The notes below the pieces were generated by a model that was not told the DNA's origin, ran no database searches, and was given only the letters and a program-made list of their open reading frames with translations. Position numbers and translations under genes: made by a program. 64,000 bases of DNA from a virus. Below, piece after piece: positions 18,924 through 28,768 of the stretch (the stretch's first letter is position 1; every line of letters starts with the position of its first letter). The stretch spans positions 188,611-252,610 of the IMG/VR virus record IMGVR_UViG_3300045988_119718; one strand, written 5' to 3'.

Positions 18924-19634
18924 ATGAAAAAAAGAAAAGATAAACAAAAAAAATACGATAAGTTATTTAATAATATACCTAGAGACTATAATGAACGATT
19001 AGAATGGTTATCTAATAATCTTCATTTAAATTCTATGAAGATGGATACTATTGTAGGTAAATATAATACTATGAAAGAAAGATTATATTTTAAAAGATTC
19101 TTTATAGTATTATATGAAATTCCAGAGGGTTCTCCTAGACCTAGATTTAGATTAGTAAATAGAAAGAATCTAAGGAATATGGCTATTGCTAATCCTAATT
19201 TTATCCATGTATATTCTCCAGTAGGAGCTGAAGATAATAAGTACATGAAGCGTTTACTTACTAAAGATGAATTTAAAGAATTTAGCAATTTAATTTATAC
19301 ACCTTGTATTGTAGATTATAAAGCTTTTTTTAAAACTCCATCTAGCTTTAATTCTGTAGAAAAATATTTAGCAGAATTAGGAGTATACACTCCTATTAGT
19401 AAACCAGATTGGGATAATATTGGTAAGAAGTATTGTGATATGACTAATGAGAATCTATGGGTAGATGATAGATTAGTAATTCAAGGAACTGTAGAGAAAT
19501 TATATTCTGTACTTCCTAGAGTAGAAATTACCATAGATTTTTTAAACATGCTACAAAATAGGCATCAAGCAGAATCAATAAGAAAAATATATAAAGATGA
19601 TATTAGGTATTTCGATGATGGGAGAGACGAATAA
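18924..19634 (+). CDS. RusA-like Holliday-junction resolvase with an N-terminal extension (236 aa).
   Basis: EGSPRPRFRLVNRK resembles the RusA GxPxPKxRPR motif. The downstream DWDNIGKKYCD ... WVDDRLV matches the RusA D-x-D-N-x-x-K ... DD acidic motifs. Confidence 0.45.
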   Translation: MKKRKDKQKKYDKLFNNIPRDYNERLEWLSNNLHLNSMKMDTIVGKYNTMKERLYFKRFFIVLYEIPEGSPRPRFRLVNRKNLRNMAIANPNFIHVYSPVGAEDNKYMKRLLTKDEFKEFSNLIYTPCIVDYKAFFKTPSSFNSVEKYLAELGVYTPISKPDWDNIGKKYCDMTNENLWVDDRLVIQGTVEKLYSVLPRVEITIDFLNMLQNRHQAESIRKIYKDDIRYFDDGRDE

Positions 19635-20036
19635 ATGTATAATAACACCATAATAGAAAACGGTAATGAGCTTAAAAAATGTTTAGCAGAAAAAAATAAA
19701 TTAAAACAAATTCATTTTTTTAATGATAATCATCTAAATCATTTATTTGAAATTTTGGAATTTCATAATCAATTAAAGAGTTATCTTAGTACTCTAACTA
19801 TTAATGAGAACTATATAAAAGCTACTTTTAGAAAAACATATTTTAAAAAATTTAATTTTAGTTTCGATTCTATGATGTTTTACAATATGATTAATGAAAG
19901 TTTGTTAATTTTATTGCAAGAAGAAAGTGATAATTTAAAATTTACTGAAGAAGAAATGAATACTATTTATAGTAATATTTCAAATCTATATACTATAACA
20001 AGACCTAATGAAAATACAATTATAATTACATTTTAA
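19635..20036 (+). CDS. Hypothetical protein, 133 aa (ATG overlaps the preceding stop: TAAATG).
   Basis: ORF, translationally coupled to the upstream gene. Confidence 0.5.
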   Translation: MYNNTIIENGNELKKCLAEKNKLKQIHFFNDNHLNHLFEILEFHNQLKSYLSTLTINENYIKATFRKTYFKKFNFSFDSMMFYNMINESLLILLQEESDNLKFTEEEMNTIYSNISNLYTITRPNENTIIITF

Positions 20037-20042
20037 AAATAT

Positions 20043-20068
20043 AGAGTAGAGCTATATAGCTCTACTCT
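20043..20068. terminator. Bidirectional terminator hairpin AGAGTAGAGCTATATAGCTCTACTCT between convergent genes.
   Basis: Perfect 11-bp stem. Confidence 0.55.
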
Positions 20069-20076
20069 AATAAAGG

Positions 20077-20991
20077 TTATTTTTGTTTTAATGAAGCAAT
20101 ATAAGCATCTGCTAATTTATTTGCATCTAAGAATCCAAATACGTTGCATTCTTCTAATACCGTATAAATAGCAGCAGTATCATCAATAATAGCATCCATA
20201 TTTAATCCAGAAGATTCATTCATATATCTAGATTGTAAATTTGGATTAATCATAGCAGCACTAGTTAAAGCTTCTACCATAGATTCAAATAAAGATTTTT
20301 GAGATTCTCTAATTTCTAATACTTGTCTACTAGCAGATTCCTCAACTCTCCGTTTAGCCTCATCACTAAATTTAGGATTAGCTGCAAACGATTTAGCTTT
20401 TTGATAGATATCTTTAATCTTTTCAATCTTAGCATTTCTATTATCAATAAAATTAGTAGTAGCTTTTTCTACTCTATCTGCAATAGTATCATTAATCTTA
20501 GATGGAGTAAATTTGCTAATAGTATCATTAAATTTATCAACAATACCTTCATGAGCAAGAGTAGTAGAGTCTTCTCTAATACCTTGAACACCATTTAATT
20601 CATAATTTAGACTACGAAGTTCTTTAGCATAATCTTCCATGATAGAAGCATATGTGTATTCAATAACACTAGTTTCTTCACTATTAGTACTTAATGCTTT
20701 ATAATGAGATTTATTTACCTCATCAGTAGATTTATCAATAATGGATTGAATAAAGTTAGCACCAGTATTTTTAGATTTTTGGTCTAATCTAAGTTTATTA
20801 GCAATTTTAATAAAGTTATTATATAATGCTTCTTTCATAAGTTCATCATATGCACTTACATCTTTAGCAGATTTAACTACTGGTTCTGGACTAGAAACCA
20901 TAGAATTGGCATTGTAGTCATTACCCATAATATAAGCATTATTTTGTTTATTGATTTTTTTCATTAAATTTATTGTATCATTAATATTCAT
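20077..20991 (-). CDS. Hypothetical protein (about 304 aa). The start is revised from track position 21042 to ATG 20991-20989 (MNINDT...).
   Basis: SD GGTGGTGA lies directly upstream of the internal ATG. The track's longer start would overlap the upstream gene by 32 nt. Confidence 0.55.
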   Translation of the reverse strand: MNINDTINLMKKINKQNNAYIMGNDYNANSMVSSPEPVVKSAKDVSAYDELMKEALYNNFIKIANKLRLDQKSKNTGANFIQSIIDKSTDEVNKSHYKALSTNSEETSVIEYTYASIMEDYAKELRSLNYELNGVQGIREDSTTLAHEGIVDKFNDTISKFTPSKINDTIADRVEKATTNFIDNRNAKIEKIKDIYQKAKSFAANPKFSDEAKRRVEESASRQVLEIRESQKSLFESMVEALTSAAMINPNLQSRYMNESSGLNMDAIIDDTAAIYTVLEECNVFGFLDANKLADAYIASLKQK

Positions 20992-21010
20992 GCTTTCACC
21001 ACCAATTCTA

Positions 21011-22084
21011 TTAGAATAAAGAATCATGATAATTTGGTTCATCTACTTCACCTTTAGATAAAGTAGTAACCTTATCTTCAGCTGTTTTCTTTAATGCTTT
21101 CTTTTCAGCTGGTACATATTCTACTGCTAACATATTAGCAATTTTACCCATTCTATTAGCCCATTCTAATTGGGATTTAGCTATTTCTTGGTAATCTTTA
21201 TCACTAGTACTCTTTAAAGATTTAAGTCTTAAAGCATTAGCTTCCAGTAAATCATGTTGAATAGCAAACCAATCAGATAAATGAGTTCTAAATGAGAAGA
21301 AGAGATATGCTAAGTCTCTAAGTATAGGAAGAATAGCATTAATAATAATAAAGAATACCCCACCAATAATAGCAGCAGGAATAAAGATAGCCATCTTACC
21401 TACAGATTTAGCAGTATCAACAAAGTCTTCATTATAATTATTAATTTCTACAGCTTCAAACTTAACACCTTGCATTTTATTATTATTCAATACTTTAAAT
21501 GCTTTTTCAATCTGACCTTTATCACAAGCAGTATTGAATGCTATTAAGTTCTTATGTACTAAATAGAATTTAGATTTATATTGCTGAAGATTATTAATTT
21601 CTAATGATACCGTAGAGTTAGGATTCTTAAAGAATTCTACACATACAGTAGTCATAAATCCAATATCAGAAATAAGTGCTAATACAATACTATCATAGAA
21701 ATATTTAATCATTTCTACATTATGTTTAAACCCATCTGTAAATACTGGTTTAAGCTTGATAATATTATATAAAGCTTTATCCATTTCATTTACTTCATCA
21801 ATACCAGAGTTAGATTCTCTAGCAATTTGGGTTAATACTTCAATGGAATCTTTAATCTGCTTATACTGTTTTAATTTAGTAATATCACCTTTAGAAACCT
21901 CTATTTCTTTAAAATCTGTATTTTCTAATTTATCAACAATCATTCTATAAAGCTTATTAGCAAGAATAACTATACCATTCTTCTGCTCAGCTTCAGTAAA
22001 AGAAGCTACAGTTCTAAATGTAACTAAATTAGAAAAATCTAACGATTCAGAATATATCTGTTCTATTTCTTTGGTAATAAACAT
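21011..22084 (-). CDS. Hypothetical protein, 357 aa, with one predicted transmembrane segment (GKMAIFIPAAIIGGVFFIIINAILPIL).
   Basis: ORF with a hydrophobic stretch. Confidence 0.6.
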   Translation of the reverse strand: MFITKEIEQIYSESLDFSNLVTFRTVASFTEAEQKNGIVILANKLYRMIVDKLENTDFKEIEVSKGDITKLKQYKQIKDSIEVLTQIARESNSGIDEVNEMDKALYNIIKLKPVFTDGFKHNVEMIKYFYDSIVLALISDIGFMTTVCVEFFKNPNSTVSLEINNLQQYKSKFYLVHKNLIAFNTACDKGQIEKAFKVLNNNKMQGVKFEAVEINNYNEDFVDTAKSVGKMAIFIPAAIIGGVFFIIINAILPILRDLAYLFFSFRTHLSDWFAIQHDLLEANALRLKSLKSTSDKDYQEIAKSQLEWANRMGKIANMLAVEYVPAEKKALKKTAEDKVTTLSKGEVDEPNYHDSLF

Positions 22085-22099
22085 GCTTTATCTCCTTTC

Positions 22100-23308
22100 T
22101 TATTTACCTGCTAAAAGATTGATTACCTTTTTATACTGGTTTTTATCTTCGCGCTCAAGGGAAGAATAAGAAAGCGTTTCAAAAGATAAATCATTATCAT
22201 CAAATAACATCTGTACTTTTTCAGTTACATCATTAGCAATAATGAATCCCATAGCACTATAATCAGTCATAATATTAATAAGTTTACCAGTATTTCTTTG
22301 ATTAAAGTTATGCTCTTTTTTAAGAATATCCATAGTATCTTGAGATACTAATAAAGTTGCTATAGCAGTACCAGCACCATTATTATTATTAAAGAAGCTA
22401 TTAGTTCTACTTACATTAGCTCTTCTTTCCAATAATTTCCAAATAGGAGAAGACTTAGCAGATTTAGAGAAGATATCTAATTTAGCTCTATCTAATGCAA
22501 ACATGAAATCTTTAAACATAGAAATTTCACCGGTAGTAGCTTTTAAGAACTCAAACAATCTATTTTGATCTCCAGATTTAAGAATAATTCTTTCAATCAT
22601 ATCTGCCTGATTTACATAAATAAGTTTTACTTTAACACCAATTACAGCAGTACCATCAACTTTATCATTATCACCTGATCTAAATTTAATCACCATTATT
22701 GATGGAACAGCTTCATTTGCTTTTTTAATTTCTGGCTGATCCAGTTTAGTATCGAATAAGGTTTCATCTTTTTTCTTATTAGTATTACCATCTTTATCTA
22801 ACGGTGGATTTATCCTATTAACAAGAGTCGCACGATCTTCTTTTATAATTCTAACTAAATCATTATTAATTTCATTAAAGTCTAAATTCACTGATTCTTT
22901 ATATGGCATACTATCCATTTTATTAATATATGATAATACATCATCAGATGTAATGTTTTTATGAATTTTACTTACGAAATCAAATGCATTTTTGTTATTA
23001 GTAACACTAATAGCTGAGAATAGCATTTGAAGCATTAATACAATTTTCTTTTCTACTGCTTTAGAAATCATACTAGCAGTTTCAATAGATACAGAATCGT
23101 CAACGATCATTGGAAATGTAAGAATTAAATTTGAAGTAGCTCTAGAAATATTTCTAAAGTATTTACTTGAACCTACTCTATCATTTATCATTTTGCCAAT
23201 AAATGATGTAGAATTACTAGGATTAATAATTCCATCCACATTATCTGAAAGAATTTCAACAATATCACGTAAAACTCCTTCTTGCATTGCAGAACTACGT
23301 TTTATCAT
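22100..23308 (-). CDS. Hypothetical protein, 402 aa.
   Basis: ORF, operon-like packing with downstream genes. Confidence 0.6.
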   Translation of the reverse strand: MIKRSSAMQEGVLRDIVEILSDNVDGIINPSNSTSFIGKMINDRVGSSKYFRNISRATSNLILTFPMIVDDSVSIETASMISKAVEKKIVLMLQMLFSAISVTNNKNAFDFVSKIHKNITSDDVLSYINKMDSMPYKESVNLDFNEINNDLVRIIKEDRATLVNRINPPLDKDGNTNKKKDETLFDTKLDQPEIKKANEAVPSIMVIKFRSGDNDKVDGTAVIGVKVKLIYVNQADMIERIILKSGDQNRLFEFLKATTGEISMFKDFMFALDRAKLDIFSKSAKSSPIWKLLERRANVSRTNSFFNNNNGAGTAIATLLVSQDTMDILKKEHNFNQRNTGKLINIMTDYSAMGFIIANDVTEKVQMLFDDNDLSFETLSYSSLEREDKNQYKKVINLLAGK

Positions 23309-23490
23309 TTATGCCTCCTATATTATAAAAAATAAATTATTAAAATGTTTTTAGCAAAAAAATAATCTTTTATCCCTTCCTTATAGTTATTTAATCTAAT
23401 GTGATTATGATTAAATAACTATAGATTTAGCTTGGTTACGCACTATACAGCCGAAGGATTTATATATCTTAAAGTATTTTATTTGTGGTT

Positions 23491-23766
23491 TCATTTATTG
23501 ATTTTTCTATTGCGGTTACGTTTAATAGCTGGTTTATAATTGCTATTATTGGAACTAATCATAATGACAGTTCTAAGCTGTCCTTCAATATTACTTACTT
23601 TATTGGATAAACGGTCATACTTATGGGTAAGACTATTAATATCTCCAACTAATTCGTTAATTTTATCAATAACTTCAGATAATGACTGTCTAAAAGTTTG
23701 CCATTCTTCCTCTTTTCTATTGCGTTCATCTACTGCATTTTCCCAATTAAATTTATCAATAAGCAT
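23491..23766 (-). CDS. Small coiled-coil protein, 91 aa.
   Basis: ORF with SD AAGGAG upstream. Confidence 0.5.
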   Translation of the reverse strand: MLIDKFNWENAVDERNRKEEEWQTFRQSLSEVIDKINELVGDINSLTHKYDRLSNKVSNIEGQLRTVIMISSNNSNYKPAIKRNRNRKINK

Positions 23767-23880
23767 AAATAATAATCTCCTTTAAAATTATATTAACTTA
23801 TTTTACTAAGTCATAAATATAATATACAATTAAAATTTATTTAAAGACATTTTAGTAAAGTTAAGGAGGGGTTAAAGATA

Positions 23881-25143
23881 ATGGATATACAAGACGTTAT
23901 TAATATGAGTAAGAAAACAACTGTTACCAATAACTCTCAATACGATGGAGATAATAAAATACAAGGTACTGATGATGTACGTGATAAATTAATACGAGAT
24001 ACTTTAGATAGAATGAAATACCCTGCAACCAAAGTTATAGTAGATGCTGCTGCTGATGCAGCAGATCAAGCTCAATTTGGTGTTACTTCTAGAGGGACTT
24101 CAGATAAAGATAATTTACACGATTTATTAAATGCCAATGGTATATTTAGACCAGAAGATTATGATGATTACAATAGCTTTTATGTGTTTCCTAGAAATGA
24201 TCCATATAAAATGCTTGGCGGTACTAGAGAATATATATTTATAACTAAACCAGATCTTCATATATTCGGTGCTAGAGGTAAAAATAATGGTGTTCCAGAT
24301 TATAATAGAGAAACACCATTGACCAATAATTATGATTTAAATCCTGAATTAAGATCTGTTCCATTTTTCTTGGATTTATATAATAGAGGCTATAGATCAG
24401 TACTTACTAGTTTACAAAAATCTGCACTTCCTTTAGACGGAGAGGTTAGATCTCCATTTGTAAACATACTGTCTAATTATAAAACGTCTAATCTTGATTT
24501 ATCGGATATTACTGTAGGGGAAGAAGAAACAGCTTCAAATATCTATGCTACTAAAATATTTTATAGAAAACCTTCTGATAGTGCGGATGAAGATAATGAA
24601 TTTAGTATAGAATTTAAAGATAATAAGTACTTAAGTTGTTATCTATGGTTTAAAGCATATGATTTGTATGAACAACAGAAATACCATGGTATGGTTACTC
24701 CTACAGATATAAACTATATTGTTTATAAGATACTTTCTGATCAAATGACAGTATTTAAATTTATTGTAGGAGAAGATGGAGAAACTTTGATATATTGGGC
24801 ATGCTTATGGGGTTGCTACCCTAAGTCTGTACCTAGATCTACATTTTCTGATTTACCTACAGATGGTAATTTAAAGTTTACTGTAAATTGGAAAGCTACC
24901 TTCCAACAAGACATGGATCCTATGATATTAACCCATTTTGATAATTTATGCAAAGAAGCTATAGCTGCTAACCAAGGTCAGTTTGTTGAAATGAATTTAT
25001 ATGATAGTAATATAGGTGCAATAACTGGTAGAAAAGCTACTATACCTGGAATATTAAAAACTCAATCTAGAGTATCTAGTGATGGGTATGACTTTAAACC
25101 TAAGTATGATTACTTACTTAAATGGTATTATTTAGATGAATAA
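23881..25143 (+). CDS. Hypothetical structural-module protein, 420 aa.
   Basis: ORF with SD AAGGAGGGG. Confidence 0.65.
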   Translation: MDIQDVINMSKKTTVTNNSQYDGDNKIQGTDDVRDKLIRDTLDRMKYPATKVIVDAAADAADQAQFGVTSRGTSDKDNLHDLLNANGIFRPEDYDDYNSFYVFPRNDPYKMLGGTREYIFITKPDLHIFGARGKNNGVPDYNRETPLTNNYDLNPELRSVPFFLDLYNRGYRSVLTSLQKSALPLDGEVRSPFVNILSNYKTSNLDLSDITVGEEETASNIYATKIFYRKPSDSADEDNEFSIEFKDNKYLSCYLWFKAYDLYEQQKYHGMVTPTDINYIVYKILSDQMTVFKFIVGEDGETLIYWACLWGCYPKSVPRSTFSDLPTDGNLKFTVNWKATFQQDMDPMILTHFDNLCKEAIAANQGQFVEMNLYDSNIGAITGRKATIPGILKTQSRVSSDGYDFKPKYDYLLKWYYLDE

Positions 25144-25160
25144 GAAAGGAGAAGTGAGAA

Positions 25161-28040
25161 ATGTCTGAATCATTAATAAATATTAACCCTAATGATTTAC
25201 AAGATCCAAAGGATTCTTTAACTATACAAGAAGAGACTCAATCTCCTCTTACTAGTAATATATATGAAATAGCTTCTTATGTAGACACATTAAAAAATAA
25301 GTATTTTGATGGTATTCCTACTGATACTTTAGCTATGGGTTTGTTTGGCTATATATCAGAATTAGGAACAAACATACTTGAAAATACTGCTATAATGTCT
25401 GCTGAGTATGCTAATGAAGCAGTGCCTACTCAAGCTAAATTTGAACGAAATGTATTATGTCATGCATTATCTTTAGGTATTAATAAGATTAGAGCTACAC
25501 CAGCTAAAATGACTATCAATATTGCTATACCAGAAGATAGATTAATCGAAAACATGGTAGATAATGAATTTATTTTAGATAAGAGTATTGATATTAATAT
25601 AGGTGTAACTAATGGTTCTTATACATATCACTTAGATCATGATATAAAAATTAGAAGAAACAAACTCCCTAATGGTAAATGGATATATACAGCTATGTAT
25701 TTAATGTATACTCATTATGATATGGGTGATGTAAATACTAATGAAATATCTGATATTACTAATCCATATTTACCAGCTATAGGAACTATTAGTATTAGTA
25801 ATACTAATATGATTGTTTTAACTACAAATATTAGGCAAACTAATCATTATGAAATTTATGAAAAAATATTAGTAGATAATCCATTAGAAAATAAATCATT
25901 ATCATTTACTTTTACAGACCAATTAGCATATTTCTATGTAGAAGTAGTAGAGCATACTACAGGTGGAGATGTAACTCATTATTTACAATGCTTATATGAT
26001 GGATTATATAATACCGGTAGTGATTGGGAATACTGTAATTATCAATATATTGATGAATCTACAATTAGAATTGTATTTAATAGAGACTCATATCAGCCTA
26101 GAGAAAACGCTGATGTAACTGTACATGTATTTACTACTAAAGGTAGTGAATGTAATTTCACATATAATAAGAACACAGTTTATGATTTAACTTCTAGTAG
26201 ATATTCATATAATAATATCTATATGGTAGTTATACCACAATCTAATTCAGAATATGGGGTAGATAAAAAATCAGTAGATGAATTAAAAGAAATGATTCCT
26301 AAGCAAATGCTTATGAGAAATAGTATAACCACATATACTGATTTAAATAATTTCTTTAACTCATTAAACACTGATAATATTAGATTGTACTTTTTACAGA
26401 AGATTCATAACCAGATTCAAAGAATATTCTTTTGCTATATGCTATTGAAGGATGAGAATAATAATAATATTATTCCTACAAATACTTTAGATGTAAAAGT
26501 AACAAGAGATATGTTTAGTAATATTAATAGAATAAATTATGTTCTACCAGCTGGTTCTTTATTCTATTTAGAGAATGGTGGTACTGAAGCTACTGGTTTA
26601 CCATTAGGAAGCTCAGCTAATAATGAAGATTTAAAAGCTAAAGAGAATAATGGATTCTTATATATCAATCCATTTTTAACGGTTATAAACAAAGAACCAT
26701 TTGTATTAAATTATTATTTAAATATATTAAACTATTCTAAACTTGCTGATTTTGATTACATCAATGATGAATCAGAATTACAATTTATTTGTACTAGTAC
26801 TACATCTAGCCCTATAGTAGTAGAGAAACCATTCTATCCAGAAACTGAGAGAGACTACTATACAATCAGCACTTTATTTACACAAAATATTTCTACTGAT
26901 TTTGATTTGGTTAGTACTGATGAGAATGGTCATATTATAAAGAATAATCTTAGAGTTATAGGTGTATTCTATAATAAAGATGAAGATGGTAATTATCAGC
27001 CATTTAGATACACCGAAGCAGAATTAGATGATGCTGATTATAGCTCAGTAGATTATTCATATAATTATAAATTTAGGCTTCATACTAATAATATTATAAA
27101 CAAAGATATTAAACTTTGTATAGATGATGGAATATATTATGTAGGAACTAGAACTAAAGCTATTACATATTTGCCTAATAATGTAAGATTTAAAATATTT
27201 ATATTAGCTAAATTTGACCAGCAATATGGTTCTCTTAAAGCTAATAATAATGATGAAGATGATATTTCATATATAGTACCAGGATTATATGAAGAAAAAT
27301 ACACATTGTGTAATATTTATGAAGTTAAGACTGGTTTAGATATGTTTATCGACTACACCAATATAATGGAATCTTATGCTAATTTATCTAGTGCTTCTAA
27401 CGGAGATTTAGATTTCCATATAAAGAGAATGCCATTAGTTAGATACAGCTATTTCTGGAATTTTGGTATAGACCCAACTGAAGATTATTCTGACGGAATA
27501 CAACCATACGGTATGAGAGATAGAGTAGATACGTTTATTCAATCTATTGATTATAGAAGAATTTATATTCAATCTGCATTATTATTACTTGAAGATAGTT
27601 TCGGTATTGATATGAAATTCTTTAATACATATGGGCCATCTAGGTTATACAATGTAGGATATGAAAAAGTTTCTATGCCAATAGATAGAATTAATATATC
27701 TCTTAAATTTGAAGTTAAATATCAAACTTCAGCTGATAAGAATTGTGAAAATGATATTATAAATTATATTAAGACTTATATGGAAAATATGAATTATATA
27801 TCAGACTTGCATATACCAAATCTTATTACAGCAATAAAGAATAAGTTCTATAAACAAATAGTTTATATTAAATTCATTGGATTGAATGATTATGGGTATA
27901 TCTATCAAAGTATATATAAGAATAATGAAAACGATGATTATCTATACTCTACTACAGTTCCAGAATTTATTAATATAAATATAGCCAAAGATTCTATAGG
28001 CAATGATATACCAGATATTCAAATAGAAGGAGTAGAATAA
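25161..28040 (+). CDS. Hypothetical large protein, 959 aa (head/portal-module candidate). The frame stays open for 84 codons beyond its TAA (see findings).
   Basis: ORF with SD AAAGGAG. Confidence 0.65.
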   Translation: MSESLININPNDLQDPKDSLTIQEETQSPLTSNIYEIASYVDTLKNKYFDGIPTDTLAMGLFGYISELGTNILENTAIMSAEYANEAVPTQAKFERNVLCHALSLGINKIRATPAKMTINIAIPEDRLIENMVDNEFILDKSIDINIGVTNGSYTYHLDHDIKIRRNKLPNGKWIYTAMYLMYTHYDMGDVNTNEISDITNPYLPAIGTISISNTNMIVLTTNIRQTNHYEIYEKILVDNPLENKSLSFTFTDQLAYFYVEVVEHTTGGDVTHYLQCLYDGLYNTGSDWEYCNYQYIDESTIRIVFNRDSYQPRENADVTVHVFTTKGSECNFTYNKNTVYDLTSSRYSYNNIYMVVIPQSNSEYGVDKKSVDELKEMIPKQMLMRNSITTYTDLNNFFNSLNTDNIRLYFLQKIHNQIQRIFFCYMLLKDENNNNIIPTNTLDVKVTRDMFSNINRINYVLPAGSLFYLENGGTEATGLPLGSSANNEDLKAKENNGFLYINPFLTVINKEPFVLNYYLNILNYSKLADFDYINDESELQFICTSTTSSPIVVEKPFYPETERDYYTISTLFTQNISTDFDLVSTDENGHIIKNNLRVIGVFYNKDEDGNYQPFRYTEAELDDADYSSVDYSYNYKFRLHTNNIINKDIKLCIDDGIYYVGTRTKAITYLPNNVRFKIFILAKFDQQYGSLKANNNDEDDISYIVPGLYEEKYTLCNIYEVKTGLDMFIDYTNIMESYANLSSASNGDLDFHIKRMPLVRYSYFWNFGIDPTEDYSDGIQPYGMRDRVDTFIQSIDYRRIYIQSALLLLEDSFGIDMKFFNTYGPSRLYNVGYEKVSMPIDRINISLKFEVKYQTSADKNCENDIINYIKTYMENMNYISDLHIPNLITAIKNKFYKQIVYIKFIGLNDYGYIYQSIYKNNENDDYLYSTTVPEFININIAKDSIGNDIPDIQIEGVE

Positions 28041-28275
28041 AATGAAACAAGTTTCAATAGTAGAAAATTATATTTTAACAGAAAATTTTATTATAATACA
28101 TTTTTAGAAAGTAGTGAAGAGATTGAAGGAATCGATGAAGCTTCAGTACTCGATGGGATTATTAGTAAGATTAAATCAATTCCTAAAGGAACTAAACTCG
28201 AAATTAAAAAGAGAACTCCAGAAGAACAAAAGAAGTTCAAAGAAACCAAGCAATATAAAAACTTAAAAGCTAAGC

Positions 28276-28671
28276 TTGAAAAAAAGAGCAGCTAAAACTA
28301 TTGCTAAAGAATCTAAATCAAAAGAATTTAACCTGAATGACCCAGAAGCAATGAAGAAGCATAAATTATTCATGCTAGTATCGGGGTTTTTAGAACTTAT
28401 AGCTGTATTTTATTGTGTTTTAGCTTTACCTCCTGTTAGTGGACTTATAGGGTTACTTGGTATTTTAGCATATCAAGCATTAAGATCTACTGAAACATTT
28501 AGTAAATTTTTGGATGCATGTAATGCACTTGTAAAATCTAAAACTCCATCAATATGGGAATGGTTAAACAAAGTAGAAAAAAATATTTTAGAAGCTGCTA
28601 AGAACGCTGCTAAGAATGAAAATGAAATCTCTGGTAAAGATGAGTCGTATACATTCGTATTAGATTACTAA
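28276..28671 (+). CDS. Small membrane protein with two TM helices (LFMLVSGFLELIAVFYCVLALPPVSGLIGLLGILAY). The track start is TTG. The first ATG is at 28351.
   Basis: ORF with hydrophobic helices. No clear SD. Possibly joined to the upstream frame (see findings). Confidence 0.45.
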   Translation: MKKRAAKTIAKESKSKEFNLNDPEAMKKHKLFMLVSGFLELIAVFYCVLALPPVSGLIGLLGILAYQALRSTETFSKFLDACNALVKSKTPSIWEWLNKVEKNILEAAKNAAKNENEISGKDESYTFVLDY

Positions 28672-28680
28672 TATACATAT

Positions 28681-28708
28681 AGAAAGGGTAGTGTATACTA
28701 CCCTTTCT
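28681..28708 (+). terminator. Terminator hairpin AGAAAGGGTAGTGTATACTACCCTTTCT followed by ATATTATT.
   Basis: Perfect 11-bp stem. Confidence 0.5.
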
Positions 28709-28768
28709 ATATTATTGATTAATAAAACATTAATATAATATTTTATTTATTTGAAAGGAGATATAAAT

